A stretch of DNA of 64,000 nt. Origin: Chrysomallon squamiferum. Its lineage: Eukaryota > Animalia > Mollusca. Position 1 is the first letter of the stretch; every line of letters begins with the position of its first letter. The position numbers were made by a program, and so were the translations under genes. Shown here one piece after another: positions 26,391 to 41,460 of this stretch. Under the pieces are notes generated by a model. The model made no database searches. It saw only the letters and a program-made list of their open reading frames with translations, and was not told the DNA's origin. Location of the stretch: assembly GCA_012295275.1 (NCBI GenBank), contig CM022674.1, positions 9,548,001 through 9,612,000 on the forward strand. Reading direction: 5' to 3'.

Positions 26391-29300
26391 GGACACACAT
26401 ACATTCATATGTACATACATATAACTGTTTCTTTGGGGTTTTTGTTGTGTTTTTTCGCAAAGTTACTTTTGGAAATCATTTATTTGCACACTGGATTTAA
26501 CAACATTTCTTCAAATATAAGTTAATTGTAGCTGTCAATAAATAGTAAATTTCTTGATTTAACAACTGATTGTGATCAGAGAATGCAATGAGAACCATTT
26601 TAATTTATCAATGAGCGCTGCTTATGAAACTAGTAACTATTGTAGAGGGGAGATTATTACGAATTTTCAAACTAGATCCTTTTACATGATCACACAAACT
26701 TAACGCCTGTGTCGTATTTATTTTGAAAGCTTATCAATCAGGCTAATTTATGCATGACTGAGAGCTGTTCCAATCCATTCTGAATTCAACAAGATAGCAG
26801 AGAAGTTTTAACGAACAGAAATAATCAGCAGAAAATGGTTTTACCAAAATCAGAACGAAGGAAAATCACATTGTACAAATTTGTTGTTATTGGAATGATA
26901 TTATTTAAATATGTATTTTAATACCTCCTAAATGTTAACTTTGATAAACAAAAACAACAACACAACAACATCACTGTCATCATCAACAACATCTATGATG
27001 ATGATGATAATAATAATAATAATAATGGCACAAATAAACAGAAAAAAAAAAAATGAAATAAACTAATCGAGTTTTACAATATGTGGACAAAATAAGTGCT
27101 GTCTTTATGTCTGACCACCTGGAGAAATCAATGTCGCATTTGTGCAATGTCTGTGACCCAGCATGTATTCCTTCACGTCTCACCATCCAGTATGACTGTG
27201 TTTCTGTACTCGGGTTGACGGAAAGAAAGGAGAATGTCTGAGTGAGATTATAACACGAGTCAGTAAACGACCTGACGAAACCATGGTTGACCTCAAAAAT
27301 TATCTTAAATTATCTATCTACCTATCTATATGTATCTCCATCTCTGAATCTATCTCTCTATCCCTATCTATGTCCCTCTCTATCTATCTCTCTATCTCAT
27401 TCCTACACACATGTATTTCTCTTTCATATATATATATATCTAGGCCTAAGTGTGTATTGTATATATATATATATATATTACAGTTTATTTAGTTAGTTAA
27501 ATAATTATTTAATTAACGCGCTTTTTTATTTCTTTGTCGTATCACTATGAAACTGTACTAAATACTAAAGAGACTATTTAGGTATGTTTTGACTAATTTG
27601 AGGTAAAAATATATAATTCTGTTTCATAATAAAAATCAATTTCAAAATGTTTTCTTGGAGAACTTTTGTCCATAAATCTTCTTAATATTTTAACAGTCAG
27701 AACGTCTGTCCCTCGGAACAAACAAAACAAAAAACTACTACTACTAATACTACTACTAATAATAATAAACCTGTTAGTATCCCTCTAATCGTCAGTATGA
27801 TCTTATTGATTTGTATGAAAGATTCGCATAATTGAGAAATGACGACAAAAAAATAATAAGATAATAAAATTAATTAGTAGATCTAGCAGCATAAATACGT
27901 AATTTTTGTTGGTAAGATTTAATTATAGTTTGCTTTTTCCTTTGCCTTTTAGTTATATTTCATGCCATTGTCTTTGTTTCTTTCCTTTCCTTTCTTGTTT
28001 TAATCATAAGAAAATAAACTAAAAGGGCAATTCCACGGTGACAGACTTTACATTCAGAGAGGTTGGGGTGATTCCAGTTGCCATGATTGCAAGAGTGATA
28101 ACCCCAGAACCCTAGCCCTGTAAAAGACTTGCCTATGACGCCACAAGAAAATGAGCCTAGGGATATCTACGGCTTGACGGGTAATTAGAAGTATGTATTG
28201 TTTAAATTAGCGTGAAAACAACATATAAGAAATGATATTAATTTACGGATTTTGCATTTTTGTTTGCTGACATAAAATGAATTTCTGTGAGCATAACAAG
28301 CGAAAGCGGCTTCACTGCTATGATGATGATGGCATTTACGATTAAGATCATGATATGGTCAGTAGAAGCCTAACTCTAGAAGCAGATGAATATCTTCAGA
28401 AATCACCCTTTCCTCATTCGTCACCAAGAAGGTGACACAGTGTCCGTCCTCTCTGGTGATATAATAGAACCCGAAATAATTTCTTTGATGGCGTTTTGTA
28501 TTTTTTCTTTCATTAATTATGATCTTATTTGTGACATATTATTTGTCATTGATCTGGAAATAATATTACTTCGGAAGAAAAATGTAATGCATAAGTTTAT
28601 TTTTTAGGATGTTGTCTGATAGCAATAGCTCAGGAAATGAATAAGGAAGAAGTACTGACGTATTGTGGGTAAAATATCATGCTGTAGTTGTCATCTAACG
28701 ATAATTAGTGAAACCATTTTTTGTTCTAGACTACTGAAAGACTAAGACAATACTAAAGATTTTTTTTTTTAACATATAGGAATGTGTCGTATGTTACCGT
28801 ACCCATTAACATATGACAGACGTTAGTTTCTTTTTCACCTAGTTTTAAGAATGACATTTAAGAAAAAAAAAAATTAATCTTTGTCACAACTAGTAATGAA
28901 AGTATTTTGACTGGCTTAATAAAACTATTGTGGGGTAGCCGGTAGCCTTAACATTGTGACACATCATGTCAGAACAACGAGGTATCAGTCTGAGTCAACA
29001 TTTATTTTCATTTTATCTGCAAATTAAGATTTTTGTTAATAAAAATATTCACCCTTTCTGTAATAAAATAATGTATATAAGAGATTATTATTTTGACTTT
29101 ATTTACCTTTATTTTCAAAAGCTCACAGTTAGTAACGTTACCAGCAAGTATCGCTGAACAGCACGATCCTAGCTATACGTTTTTAATATTGTTATACATG
29201 TACAAATGATAGATAGACAAAAAAAAAAAAAAAAAAAAAAAAATCAATGCTTACACAAATCCATGAATGAATGGATCTGATTAGGCGTTTTAAATTTCAT

Positions 29301-29988
29301 TACCGTATTCACTTATTTTATTATTCCCATTTGTCCTGAATTTTATTATACCATTAAGTGGCAAATGATTAAACGACTGTTCTTTCTTAGTGCCAGTGTT
29401 GTCTTTCATTTAACTAATAATTTTAAAACATTTTATTTACATATATGAAGATGATTATGATGACAACGATGACGATAGCGATGGTGATGATAATAATAAA
29501 ACGGAACGGAGATGCTACATGGCTGAATAAACTATCTGGTGTTCGTTCCACTTGTACAGACTCTAGACGCTAGATGGTATTGACAGTTTCCTCACTTGGC
29601 AGGTTTCTATTTGATTTTTTGGTTCATGTTATTACAATTAAATATTTTCTTTTATTAATTTTTGCTCCCTCTTTCTGTTCCACCTTGTTACATTTAATAC
29701 TTTCTTCAAAACATTCACGACTGGTCAAATGAGGTTTCTGTAAATGTATAATTGTTTTAGACAGTATGATGTGTTAAGGCAATCTCAATAATTTCACAAT
29801 GACTTTAAACTGAAAAGAGATATTTACGTCTTGAAGATGTCTTTATTTTCGTACACACACACGCACGCACACATATATAGATATAGATAGACAGGTAGCT
29901 ATATTATTTCTTTTTCTCTTTTAAACCCTGAAAGAACCAGGTAAACAGTACAATATCGTCATGTCATAAAATCGAATAAAAACAATAT

Positions 29989-30035
<47 letters not shown>

Positions 30036-31295
30036 GCAGATATTACTATCCTGTTTAACGTATTTACAGTGAAACTTAAAACGTAAAAAAGCATATGGAA
30101 AGCATGTTATGAGCATTGAGTGCATTGTTCATGCCAGTGTTTGATTGCTAATGAGAATACTAAAACAAAGTAAAATACACATCCCTAGACGAGGTAAAAT
30201 AATTTAAAATGACATACCGTAAGATATTTATATAGAGAGAGAGATTGTGAAATAAAAAATATGAAGAAAATAAACATAATTTTAATCATATCGCACATGA
30301 ATGTTCCAGCTGACATAATAGTTTTATTTTAACTAACTATGACTTTAACAAGCTTAAAATATTTTTTAGTTGTTATTTGTTTTGGATCGTTTTAATACTG
30401 TCTTGATCTATTCGATTTTTGTCTTCTTTTGTGGACCCATTATTTCGGATTTAAGAATATAGGCATTTTTGTAAATCGAATATAAATGTAGGTTATATGT
30501 GATCCCGCATGGAATCCAGTAATTTCTACTTCATCAGAGTTGAGTCTAAATATCTGTCATCATTTGTTTTCAAACAGTTCACTTTATTTCTATATAAAAG
30601 ATAGATAGTTTCTTTCTTATTTATATCTGGGGTTCAGCTGTCTACCAACATGTTTAACAGACGATTACTAGTTCTCTAGTGTTCGGAAGAGATATTCATT
30701 GCAGGAATACTGTAAATCACTCTGGCGTATGTAGTTCAGTTCGTCAGAAATGTAACACGTTCTGATAAACACTAAACACAGGCTGTTTTGTGCCACGTGT
30801 AGCTGAAATGAAAACTTACATCGTACACGTCATCGTACTAATAATTTTTATATATGTATATATCGTCTTCTTTTCAATTATTATTTTGTATATTCTGTTC
30901 TTTTCTTATGACCATCGAAAAAAACAAAAATAAACAATATGATATCAGACACTTTATGTTTATGAAAATATAATAAACCTTTTGTTTTAACATGTAGTAT
31001 TGTAGGAGACATAACGTTTCAGGTCATCTGCCTAAAATCTCTTAAAAAGAAACAAGAAACTCCGCTAATGTAGAAGCCGACTGCAAGCACAATAATAAAG
31101 TAATTTTATATCAATAATGAAAAACAAAACTCTACTGATTTATATTAAAGTGTTAAGCTTTAATTAACAGGAATGACAGCTTCCTTTAAAAATCGGAAGA
31201 TTTCACCGGTTTCTATTAATACAATTAATAAGAAATGCCAAAACATTTTTGCTTCTTCCTCTAGAAAGCTCAAAAATTATTTTTCAGATTTTCAG

Positions 31296-31296
<1 letters not shown>

Positions 31297-31367
<71 letters not shown>
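31297..31367. repeat. (CT)n microsatellite
   Basis: Direct reading. Confidence 0.95.
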
Positions 31368-31370
<3 letters not shown>

Positions 31371-31577
31371 GACAGTAATAAATATGTTAATAGAACTTTA
31401 AAAATATCCATCCAATCTATAATTTTTCCCCCACAATTTTATTTCCAATAACCTCGAGTTATATATTCCTATTTTTTCTAAAGAATGTAATTGATTCTCG
31501 TAATCTCAGATTGCTGTATTCACTAGAATGTATTAGAAAGTTCATCAAATATGATTAACTCTGTTCAGAGGAGTTTA

Positions 31578-31615
<38 letters not shown>

Positions 31616-32187
31616 GTTCTGCTATTTGAATTTAAATTACACCAAAGATTCATAACGCCTCCAGTGTTGAGATGATCTAATTCTAAAATTAATATGAAAT
31701 TTCATTTATACGTGTAGCCCGCAGCAATCTTACCTGTTATCTTTCCCAGAAGCAACAGCAATATTTTTTCTTTAACAAAAATTAAGTAGTTGAAATCTCG
31801 TGTAAAATTTGCTTCTTTGTATGAAGCTGTCATGAATGAAACCGAACCTTTGGAAAACATGACCAACAACTTGAACTGACTGTAGGCATTGAAAAGCTCG
31901 AAGCTGCCAACCCCCGTTTGTAACAGCTTCTACTGGCTATCCCAAATTCAGAACGAACTGTACAAATGAAAAAGAAATTGATATATAAAAAATAATAAAA
32001 ATAAAAATAATTCTTGCAAATCACAACCTCTGTCCCGCTTAACCAAAATGTCCCCAGAGGCTCATGATTGTAAATCAAGTTTTGTTTGAATTCTAAAAGC
32101 TGTTTTTTTTTCTGAAGTATAGAGTGTTTATATCGTGGACTGAGAAACCAAAACATGAAGAAACAAAATTACATTATTATTATTACT

Positions 32188-32226
<39 letters not shown>

Positions 32227-33303
32227 TTGTTAGTTAGTTAGTTAGTTAGTTAGTTATATCAGAACTCGCAATTATTATTTATATTGACTGTAACAAAATA
32301 AAAACTGTCATATTAAGTATTTGTTTTTTTGTTTGGTTGGTTCTTTGTTTTTTGTGTTTTGTTGTTGTTGTTTTCTTTGGGTTTTTTGGGTGGTTGGAGG
32401 GGATAATTATTTTTTTTAAATAAATAAAAATTACAGAAGAAAGAAAAAGAAATGGAGTGATGGGAAAGTCAGATAAAAAAGTAATTATTAGACATATTTA
32501 AACTATTTTTTTCTACTAATTATACTGACTAATTTCGAACACTGCTTCTTCCCTGCCTATGAAATACAAATATTTCCCTGATTTTTTGATGTGTTTGTTG
32601 CGAAAACCATTTCTTACAAACGTTACATCGCCTCTGTGACTGTTGCCTCGTTTTAATGTTTTTAAATGATGAAACCATCCTTCACGTCTGTTTGGCTGTT
32701 TGACTGTTGTAAGATGTCGGATTACAATTTTTTTTTCTTCTCTTCTGTTACACAGATACTGAGTTTACCACTGACTGTTATTTTACATGTTTTAGTTAAT
32801 CAAGTGAATATATAACTTATTTTACAAAACAGCAACATAGTGCGAGTAACAGTAGTCGTAGTAGCAATACTGATAAAGGAAGAAGAGAGAAAGAGAAACT
32901 GACTAACACAGAGAGTTAGAGATTATGTGGATACAAATAATTACGGGGATAGATAACATCAGCAATACAAGTGAACTTTAATGAAACAAAAAACACGTTT
33001 TGTTTCGTGCGTCTTTGTAATTTGATATAAACATTTTCTACCATCAAACTGTTTCCTGAAGCCAGGATAAAAAAAAAGAAAGAAACTGTGTCAACGACTA
33101 CTCGCAATTAATTGTAGCTTGAGCAATATCATTAGTCTGTTTTATGTTAGCAGCCTGAAACCAGTTCATGAAAACTAACAGTTTGATATCGATGTTTTTG
33201 ATACACACACACACACACACACACACATAATTAATGTCATTATTAAGAAACGTAAAATGTTATATTGCTATCAATAACATCCATACAAGATAGCAGGATA
33301 GAG

Positions 33304-33305
<2 letters not shown>

Positions 33306-33380
<75 letters not shown>
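33306..33380. repeat. (TA)n microsatellite
   Basis: Direct reading. Confidence 0.95.
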
Positions 33381-33386
<6 letters not shown>

Positions 33387-35264
33387 CACTGAGAATTTGA
33401 TTTTTAACTGATTTATTAAACTTTAATTGTTCTGATGAAGTTTGATAAATTTAACCACAAGAATATACAAATTTCTAAGGAAAGCGAAGGTAAATTATTC
33501 TCGTTATAAAAAAGAAAACAATTTTATCAGTTTTAAATCTTGGCTAATATCATAATCTACAATAATTACATTTGAGCAGTTTGATTACTAATATCAAAGT
33601 TATGTTAGTTATGTTGTAGTTTCTTTTCTTTCTTTTTTTCATTTGAGTAAAACAGATAGCGAAAATAATGTTATTAACAAAATCTTTGTAATAACATCTC
33701 AATTTATATTTTTAATAAGCTGGATTGTTGTATATAGTTGTATATAGAAAAATGCTGACAGTAGTGCACAGAAAAGACTTAAACTAAACTTTCATGTAAT
33801 ACCTCTGCATGACAAAATAATTCATTAGTATTATACATACAACTTGCTCAAATCACAACTGATTACTACATAACAGAAGCATAGGGAAAGCATACTTTAT
33901 TGACACATTCTACATTTTCATATAAACAGCTACAGAGATTGACATTTACATAAGCTTCTCCATGTTCGAACTATTTATTACGGTCTCTAAAAAATGAATC
34001 TGCTGATTTATCCGAGAGTAATCTAGTGTTATAAAATTATAAAATGACAACAAATAAACATGCAGCTGCTATTTTTTCCTGGTACAGTTTTATTTATCAT
34101 ATTTTTCGAAACTGTATTATTTCTATAAAGCCATGTTGAAATATATAACACCTGTATGTCACAGTTTTACAGAATTTAAATGTAACTTATAGCGGTGCAT
34201 CCACAATAAAGTATATTCAAAATACTTTGTTGGTGAAAACTAGAATCAGAGGTATTAAAAATGAAATCGGTTTAAAATACACTATGAGATTTTTGACGTA
34301 AGTAGTTCTGATTGGAATCTCGGCAGTGAACTTGATACGTTGAGGACAATCAGGTTTTCTGAGACACTTTCTTTACTGGGGCTGACAATAAAACCCTTGA
34401 CAGTCATTTAACGAGTTAATAGCTTTCAGGATTCTATTCCCGAGGTTGCCTGCGGCGTCCAACAGTTTAAATACACTTTGTCAGATCAGAATTCTTTCAC
34501 AAATTATCTGTTATTTTATCTTTAATTGTCTGTCATTCTTTGCACATACATACAGACAACAACACAGTGTACCAAAGTTATCCCTAGTTGAATCGCATTG
34601 TTGAGAAACTATTAAATGAGAAATAATAATCTATTTTTGATTATATATATAAAGCATTTAACTTGTAAATAACATAAAGATCAGCAAATATGTAAAGGAA
34701 TTTAAACAAACATCTAAAAACATTTACTTGTGTTCCGGCTTAGAAACAAGCTACATTTTTACTAATTCCATCCTGACAATAATTTTATTATATTTTTAAA
34801 TAATTACTTGATCGATTACATAAATTAATTATCAAAGGGTGATTATATATGTTTTCACATGAGGGATTTCCGGATTAAGGCCGGAGGTTTGTGTGTGTAT
34901 GGAAGGGGCCCAATAAGTACGTAGTACACATAAAGATATATAATTGTAACTGGACAAATTTGTCGCCATACCAAAAATTTGTTATCTGTCAAGTTTTTTT
35001 AGGATCTAGTTTTAAAATGATTCAGACAAGAATAGAGGAATGCTTTGAAAATACTGTTCACCCTGGATTTCACAGACCTTGGAAAAATCACAAAATTTGA
35101 ACTTACCTCTATCTCTCTATATTTTTCTTACATTATATAGTATAATATAACTGGTTTTTCAGGGTTAATATTTACATTCGCAATTTTCCGGACTTTTGCA
35201 TTGAAGGTCAACAATACATTGTTTTATGACTTTTGTCTACCCACAATCCTCTGCCAAAAATGAA

Positions 35265-35297
<33 letters not shown>

Positions 35298-36608
35298 CTA
35301 TATCTATATAATACAAAACGAAAACAAAACCACACACACACATACAAAGACGCAAAACAACAACAACAACTAAGAAACTCGTAATATTCGTTTAAAAGAC
35401 AACGTTGCCTTCTGGTAAATAATGCTGACAATTAATAAAATATAAAACACAGAACATACGTACATAACAAGAGCTGACATAGTTCCAAACATAATTCACT
35501 CTAATCTAGCTCTAAGAAATGGCTTGCTTCTCACAAATTCAATTTATTCTGGCACACATAGGACTGTTTGAAATGACCTCTAAGAAATAAATATTAACAA
35601 TCGCTGACAGCTATGTACGAGAATTAACCTCGATTCTGTAGACAAGATGAAATACTGATGTTACATGTCAGAGAAACATAGTGTTCAAGTGAAGAGGTAA
35701 TATTAGGATGTTAATCAAAATAAACAAGATCATTAATAAACTGTGATAAATGTCATTCGCTGGCAGAATCCATAACTATGCAAATAAGGTTTGAATTAAT
35801 TTACGATATTCCGTATAATTAATTTCAGTGTTATACGGCTGTTATTTTTATTATTATCCACATAATGTTTAGAATATTAAGTTTTATCTACCATGCCTAA
35901 AATATCTCGTGCCTCAATACACACATATTACATATATTAATAAAGTTACGATACTACCTGAATCCATTTAAGACAACGAATAACAGTTTATCTTCCGAAA
36001 TAATAGTTTATACAACAAAACCATATGTGGCTAAAAACCAAAAGGAAAATAACCAGATGTTTTGCCTTTTATACTCACGCTGTGAGAAGTAATGAAATAG
36101 TTTCTATAATTTAATTTCCAAATCAGCAATCTAAAATCATTTAAAAAAAACTGTTTATAGGATAAAATGATACATGAGTTAAAAGAAGAAGAAATGTGTG
36201 TCTATGTGTGTATGTGCATAATATTTTAATACATACATATATATATGAAACAGAACAACCAAACCATAAATAAAAAGGTTATAAGAAAATATACAGTATG
36301 TTAATATTTAAAATGCTAGGGTTAAACATATTTCTGATGATTCCAGGCAATACCAACTCCGATTAAAACTGGTGATACTTTCCTGTTTCAACAGATCTAT
36401 TTTCTGCTGTAATTGTCTTTCTTTACACACAAATCTGCGGTTAATTTCCTTATGCGATAAAATTATTTTCTTTGTTTGAACCATTGCTGTGTTGCTTTGG
36501 GTAGAAAACGAGTGTTAGTACTTTGTTATAAAAATATATTTAAATTAATTATAATAAAATATTTGTACAAGCACGAAGATACATAGACAACTGTTTATAA
36601 ATCTGATA

Positions 36609-36639
<31 letters not shown>

Positions 36640-36642
<3 letters not shown>

Positions 36643-36931
36643 TGGTACCTCGACTTACGAGTGCACCAACTTACGAGTTTTCCGAGTTACAAACATTCGC
36701 CTGGTCGATTTTTTGCTTTGAGGTGCGAACCAAAATCCGAGTTACGAGCGAACTTCAGCGTCCGTTCGTTTACATCAAATGGTAATCTCGCCGTTGAAGC
36801 ATTTTGGGGGCTCGAACGGATTAATGCTATTTCAATAAATTTCAGATGGGAAACCTGATTTGATATTCGAGCAAACTGAGTTACAAGCTCGATCACGGAA
36901 CGAATTAAACTCGTATGTCAAGGTACCAGTG
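36640..36931. mobile_element. Tigger/pogo-type MITE, 292 bp, with TA target-site duplication
   Basis: TIRs CAGTGGTACCTCGACTTACGAGT and ACTCGTATGTCAAGGTACCAGTG pair at 20/23 positions. TA flanks both sides inside a (TA)n tract, and there are internal GAGTTAC(G)A subterminal repeats. Confidence 0.92.
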
Positions 36932-37385
36932 TATATATATCAATATATATCATCATTATTGATTTACATTTTATAACGAGTGCCCTCAGGCCTAAATACT
37001 AAATCACTTTTGTTTTGTTTTCTTTTTTAAATTAGATTTTGAAAGATTTATGATACAACGATTTCGAAGCGCCAGTAACTCAGAGATGTTTTTCTTCTAT
37101 GTAGCTGACCAGTATTATATACATATATTAACATTTTTAAACGTTTATCGTTACAAGGATTACATCTGTAAATTATACAGTTCAATATTATTTTACTTTA
37201 TTCAGAACAGCTGTTTAAACACGCACTCATTTTTAATTTTAAGAGAATTAGAAAAGACCTGCAAGAGACAACGAATTATAATAGTTCACTGTTACGTTTT
37301 GTTTTTAATCTGTGGCTGACTAACTAAATCAACCCGAACAAATAATCTTGAATGCATTATTTTACAAAGTTTAGAAAAAAGTTTT

Positions 37386-37443
37386 AACATAACATAACAT
37401 AACATAGCAAAATATAACATAACATAACATAATGTAACATAAT
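37386..37443. repeat. (AACAT)n pentanucleotide microsatellite, imperfect
   Basis: Direct reading. Confidence 0.85.
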
Positions 37444-39629
37444 AAGAATATTAATTTAAGAATCTACATTGATTCTGTTATCTTGGGTTTCCCTTAGTTT
37501 AGCAAGTTCACTGGATTTGTTTTATAAACAGTTTATCGGTAGCCAGTGCTCTTATAGTTTTCATTATCTGTGTGCAGTAAGTTTAAAAACAATAAATTTA
37601 TGCACCAGTTCTTTCTTTGACTTCTTTACTATAATGTTATTTATACTTTTCAACTGCTCAGACGACTCGTACTAATTTCTTTATATGCTCTATGGTTTTC
37701 TTTCGATACCTTGTTAACAAAATATTTAATTGTTTAAAATTGGACACATATTCTTTCGGTTCTTTGGACTTTACAGTCTGAAACGGTGTTAATCAGCTTT
37801 GCTTGACAACCATAAAATGAAGATGTTGTATGCGCGGACAGTCGAATGATAGCAAATTACTGAAATGGGATCATTAGCTGATAATATTGCTTCACTTAGA
37901 ACAAAAAGCAAACATATTAAGTTGGTCTGATGTGACGGTCGGTCTGGGTATGGTCTGAGTACCAGACAAAATTAATCGGCTGAAAAAAAATAGATCAACT
38001 TTCTCCGTCTAGACCAACATTCGTTGTGTGCGCTGCCTTCAGCTCTTAGCACAGCGATAATGTAATCCTCTCCTACACCTCTTCCGTCACATTTCTCTAT
38101 CCCGTGACGGTCAGAAATATTTTACTACGTTTTATTTATTTATTTTCTTTCTTTTTTCTTTTTTTTTTTTTTCTTTTTAAAGAAAAATTCATAATGGTCT
38201 ACTGCTCTGTTTGTTGGTTTCCAGATACATATTAATGTTTTCAGTGACACAGATCATAAATCTAAAAAAAAATTCAGTAGAGATTAATATTCCAATAGAT
38301 CGTTTTGGAATTGTTTTTGAGAGATAAAGTTTGTCTGTCAGACTTATGTAATTTTCACCAATATCCTTTACAGAAACTATATCTATCTTCCTTAAAATTT
38401 ATGTTTCTGATCATATTGGAGTACTTCTTCACATACATTGCTTTAAATTAGACTCATATATTCCGTTGAGAAACACAGACACCCACACTGTTTAAAATAA
38501 TTTAATCTGAATTGAATTTTTATAAATGTGCTAGTGTTTAGTAATTTAAATAAAGTTCATTTTACAAATTTGAACTTGTTTTGTACCATGCTTGAGTTTG
38601 GAATATATAATCCATATTGTCCAGTGAAATGAAGAAAAATAAAATAAAAATTAAGCAAATATTTCACTGGCAGGCTAGCCTACGCCGACAATCATTTTAT
38701 TTATTTTTAATACATAATTCATAAGTAACTTAGAAGTAATTAATTTTATATAGTAACAGTAAAAATCGCCAACATATTTTGCATCAGTTTAATGTTAATA
38801 TAGTTCCTTTATAATAAAAATTATTTTGGTTCTTCCTTTAAAAATCTAAAGAATACTTTTTACTGATATCTATTTTAATCTTTTGATCTTCTGTTAATTA
38901 TTTGTCTGACCTTAATTCGATAGAAAATTAAAACATATATTATGTTGTTTTAAAGACTATTATATTTACACTGAACATTGTGATGAGTTTACTTTTCTTT
39001 CATTGATTATCAGTTTCACCAATTTGGCAATAAAAGCTTAGACTGCTGTTTTGAGTATGATTCAGGCTCTTTGTTCTTTTGTAAATTAAAACTGAGAAAG
39101 CGGCTGTGAGAAGTAATATTAAACAGTTTACATGATACTCAGCCTGAGTTCACTAACTGATACTAAATTCTGTTGTTCGCGGAACAGTGGGGAATAAAAA
39201 GTGAACAACAACATAACAACAAACCAGCTATATCGCAAACTTCCCGAAATTTTTCTGCTTCCCTATAGTGACATTTTTTTATGCAACGGTTATTGTGTTT
39301 GTTCATTTGAAAAAAGTCATTTTTTTCTTCAGTTATTTAAATTATCTGAAATTAAATAATTTTAAAGTACATATTACAGTTGGTGGCATAAAACAAAAAT
39401 GTAAAATAAATAAATAAGAATAATTAAAATAAAATCGAAACATTCACTTTTCAAAATCACTGATTATAATATAACTTTTACATCATGAGCAGAATCGTTT
39501 TGCTTAGAATTTTTGATGTCTATAAAATAACAGCACAGCTGGATCAAATTAATCACTAATCGAACTTTTGTTTTGGTCTTGATGAAGTCTTTCTTTTGTA
39601 CAACATTTCTTTGTGGTAATTCTTCGTCT

Positions 39630-39722
39630 CGTCCGGTCTCGGAAATTACCGATAATATCAATACCGGTAAATTACCGGCAGATATTCTCAATACCGGTTT
39701 TCACCGGTTTACCCCGGTTTTA
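39630..39722. repeat. Cluster of (T)ACCGG(T) motifs, probably subterminal repeats of a decayed DNA transposon
   Basis: ccggt, taccga, ataccggt, taccggc, ataccggt, caccggt and cccggt occur within about 90 bp of CpG-poor DNA. Confidence 0.55.
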
Positions 39723-41350
39723 GTCAGTTTGTGCATGGGAAAAGCTACTTGCGGGTCTTTTGTGGACACTGTTTTCTCTTACACATACTCATATTATTTA
39801 TTATTTGACACTCATCTGACAGCATTATTCATTATCCTCCTTTTCCTACCCATCTTCAGATTACCTATTTAAGATTATATTCTGTTTCAAGTCCTGTCTG
39901 AATGGAAACTCTGAAGTCACTCTTTATATATATATATAATGCACGAATAAAACCTTATGGTGTGAAAAAAAAGGGTTTAATCTCGCTGTTTCTCCGAACG
40001 TGTTTCACGAACGTCGATCATACAGTACTTGTTACATTTAATTGGTTAACTCTACGAGCTGTCTTCCCACAAAACGTCTCGACCAAAAAACCAAAGCTTG
40101 TTATGTTAGAAAATGGGTTAAAATAATAAAATAGCAGGTCACTGAGTACTAGTCTCCTCTTTGGTTTGAAATTTGCTTCCTGAAGTCCACTCTCACACAC
40201 AAACAGATTCTCAAGAACATCCTTTCTAAAGTAATTTGTTAAATATTATTCAAGGAAAATTCACCTTCGTCTCCATTTAATTCTCCATGTAACTTTTGTA
40301 AGTATATTTAAGATTTTCTAATTTATCCTTCTAAATGTATTTCGACATCTAGATATTTTTACTTTGATTTATTTGGTGTAAAAACTATGTTTATAGTACA
40401 AGTAGAAGTGAGATTATGAATTTTCAAAAACAAATATTTTTTATTTTTTTATTTTTAACCATATGAATATTTTAGCGCCAATTAATGATTTTACCAAATT
40501 TGGCTTCACATATCAATGTAAATATACTTTGCAAAGATATGAAAAAATGTATATATTTAAATTGTACATGAAAACAAATTAGCTAAAATTACAGATTACT
40601 TGATTGTACACAAGATTAACTGAACTTGTATTCTGAAAGACTAAATTACGCCCGCCAGGTATATACAAATATATATTTAAATATATCTTATACATACACA
40701 TAAACAGCACTCACTTAATCTCAGTGTGTATGATCGTTACGTTAACATTACTCTTGCTACCAGTTTTCAGATGAGTTGTGATCAAGAGATACGATTAAAT
40801 GCATAACCTAATCTTAATCACTCTGTACACCCGTATTAGTGGAACAGACCATAGCCTCCAGTGCAGTGGACTGCTTCAGTCAATCTCTACAGGCATCCAG
40901 CAAAGTGGGCATGAACCATAACAATACAAACTGACTAAAAAGAGGGATAGGATTATTTTTTAAAACCTGTTTTCCGAACTCTTTCACAGATATTAATATC
41001 AAAAGTTATAAAATTTTGCAGGACTAAATTTACTTTAAATTCACAACGTGTATAACGTACAAACTAAGTAAGCAGATTAAACTTGTTTTGCCGTGATCGT
41101 ATATAAAATAAACCCCACAAAAAACCACACAAAAAACCAACACAAAAAAACTCCACCAACAACAGAAAACGTATAATTATATCTAGAGAAACCTAAGATA
41201 AAAGTTACACGTGACTGGCGCGGTCGAGTAATAATCTTTCGAACGCTTCGGCAACTCTCGGAATTCGAGAATATTAATTTTGTATATTTCTCAGATTTTA
41301 TATGGATTTTCCGATCCAGTAAATAGAGGGACAAGTGTACTACTGCTATT

Positions 41351-41380
41351 AATAATAATAACAATAACAATAACAATAAC

Positions 41381-41440
<60 letters not shown>

Positions 41441-41460
41441 GAGGAGGAGGAGAAGGAGGG
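41351..41460. repeat. (AAT/AAC)n + (GAG)n compound microsatellite
   Basis: Direct reading. Confidence 0.9.

Noticed and set aside
28020-28200. GC-richer patch beginning AAGGGCAATTCC (possible TE terminus)
   Set aside because: No matching second end, TSD or coding remnant found.
40840-40915. Possible tRNA or tRNA-derived head
   Set aside because: Only a weak A-box-like string; no B-box or cloverleaf.
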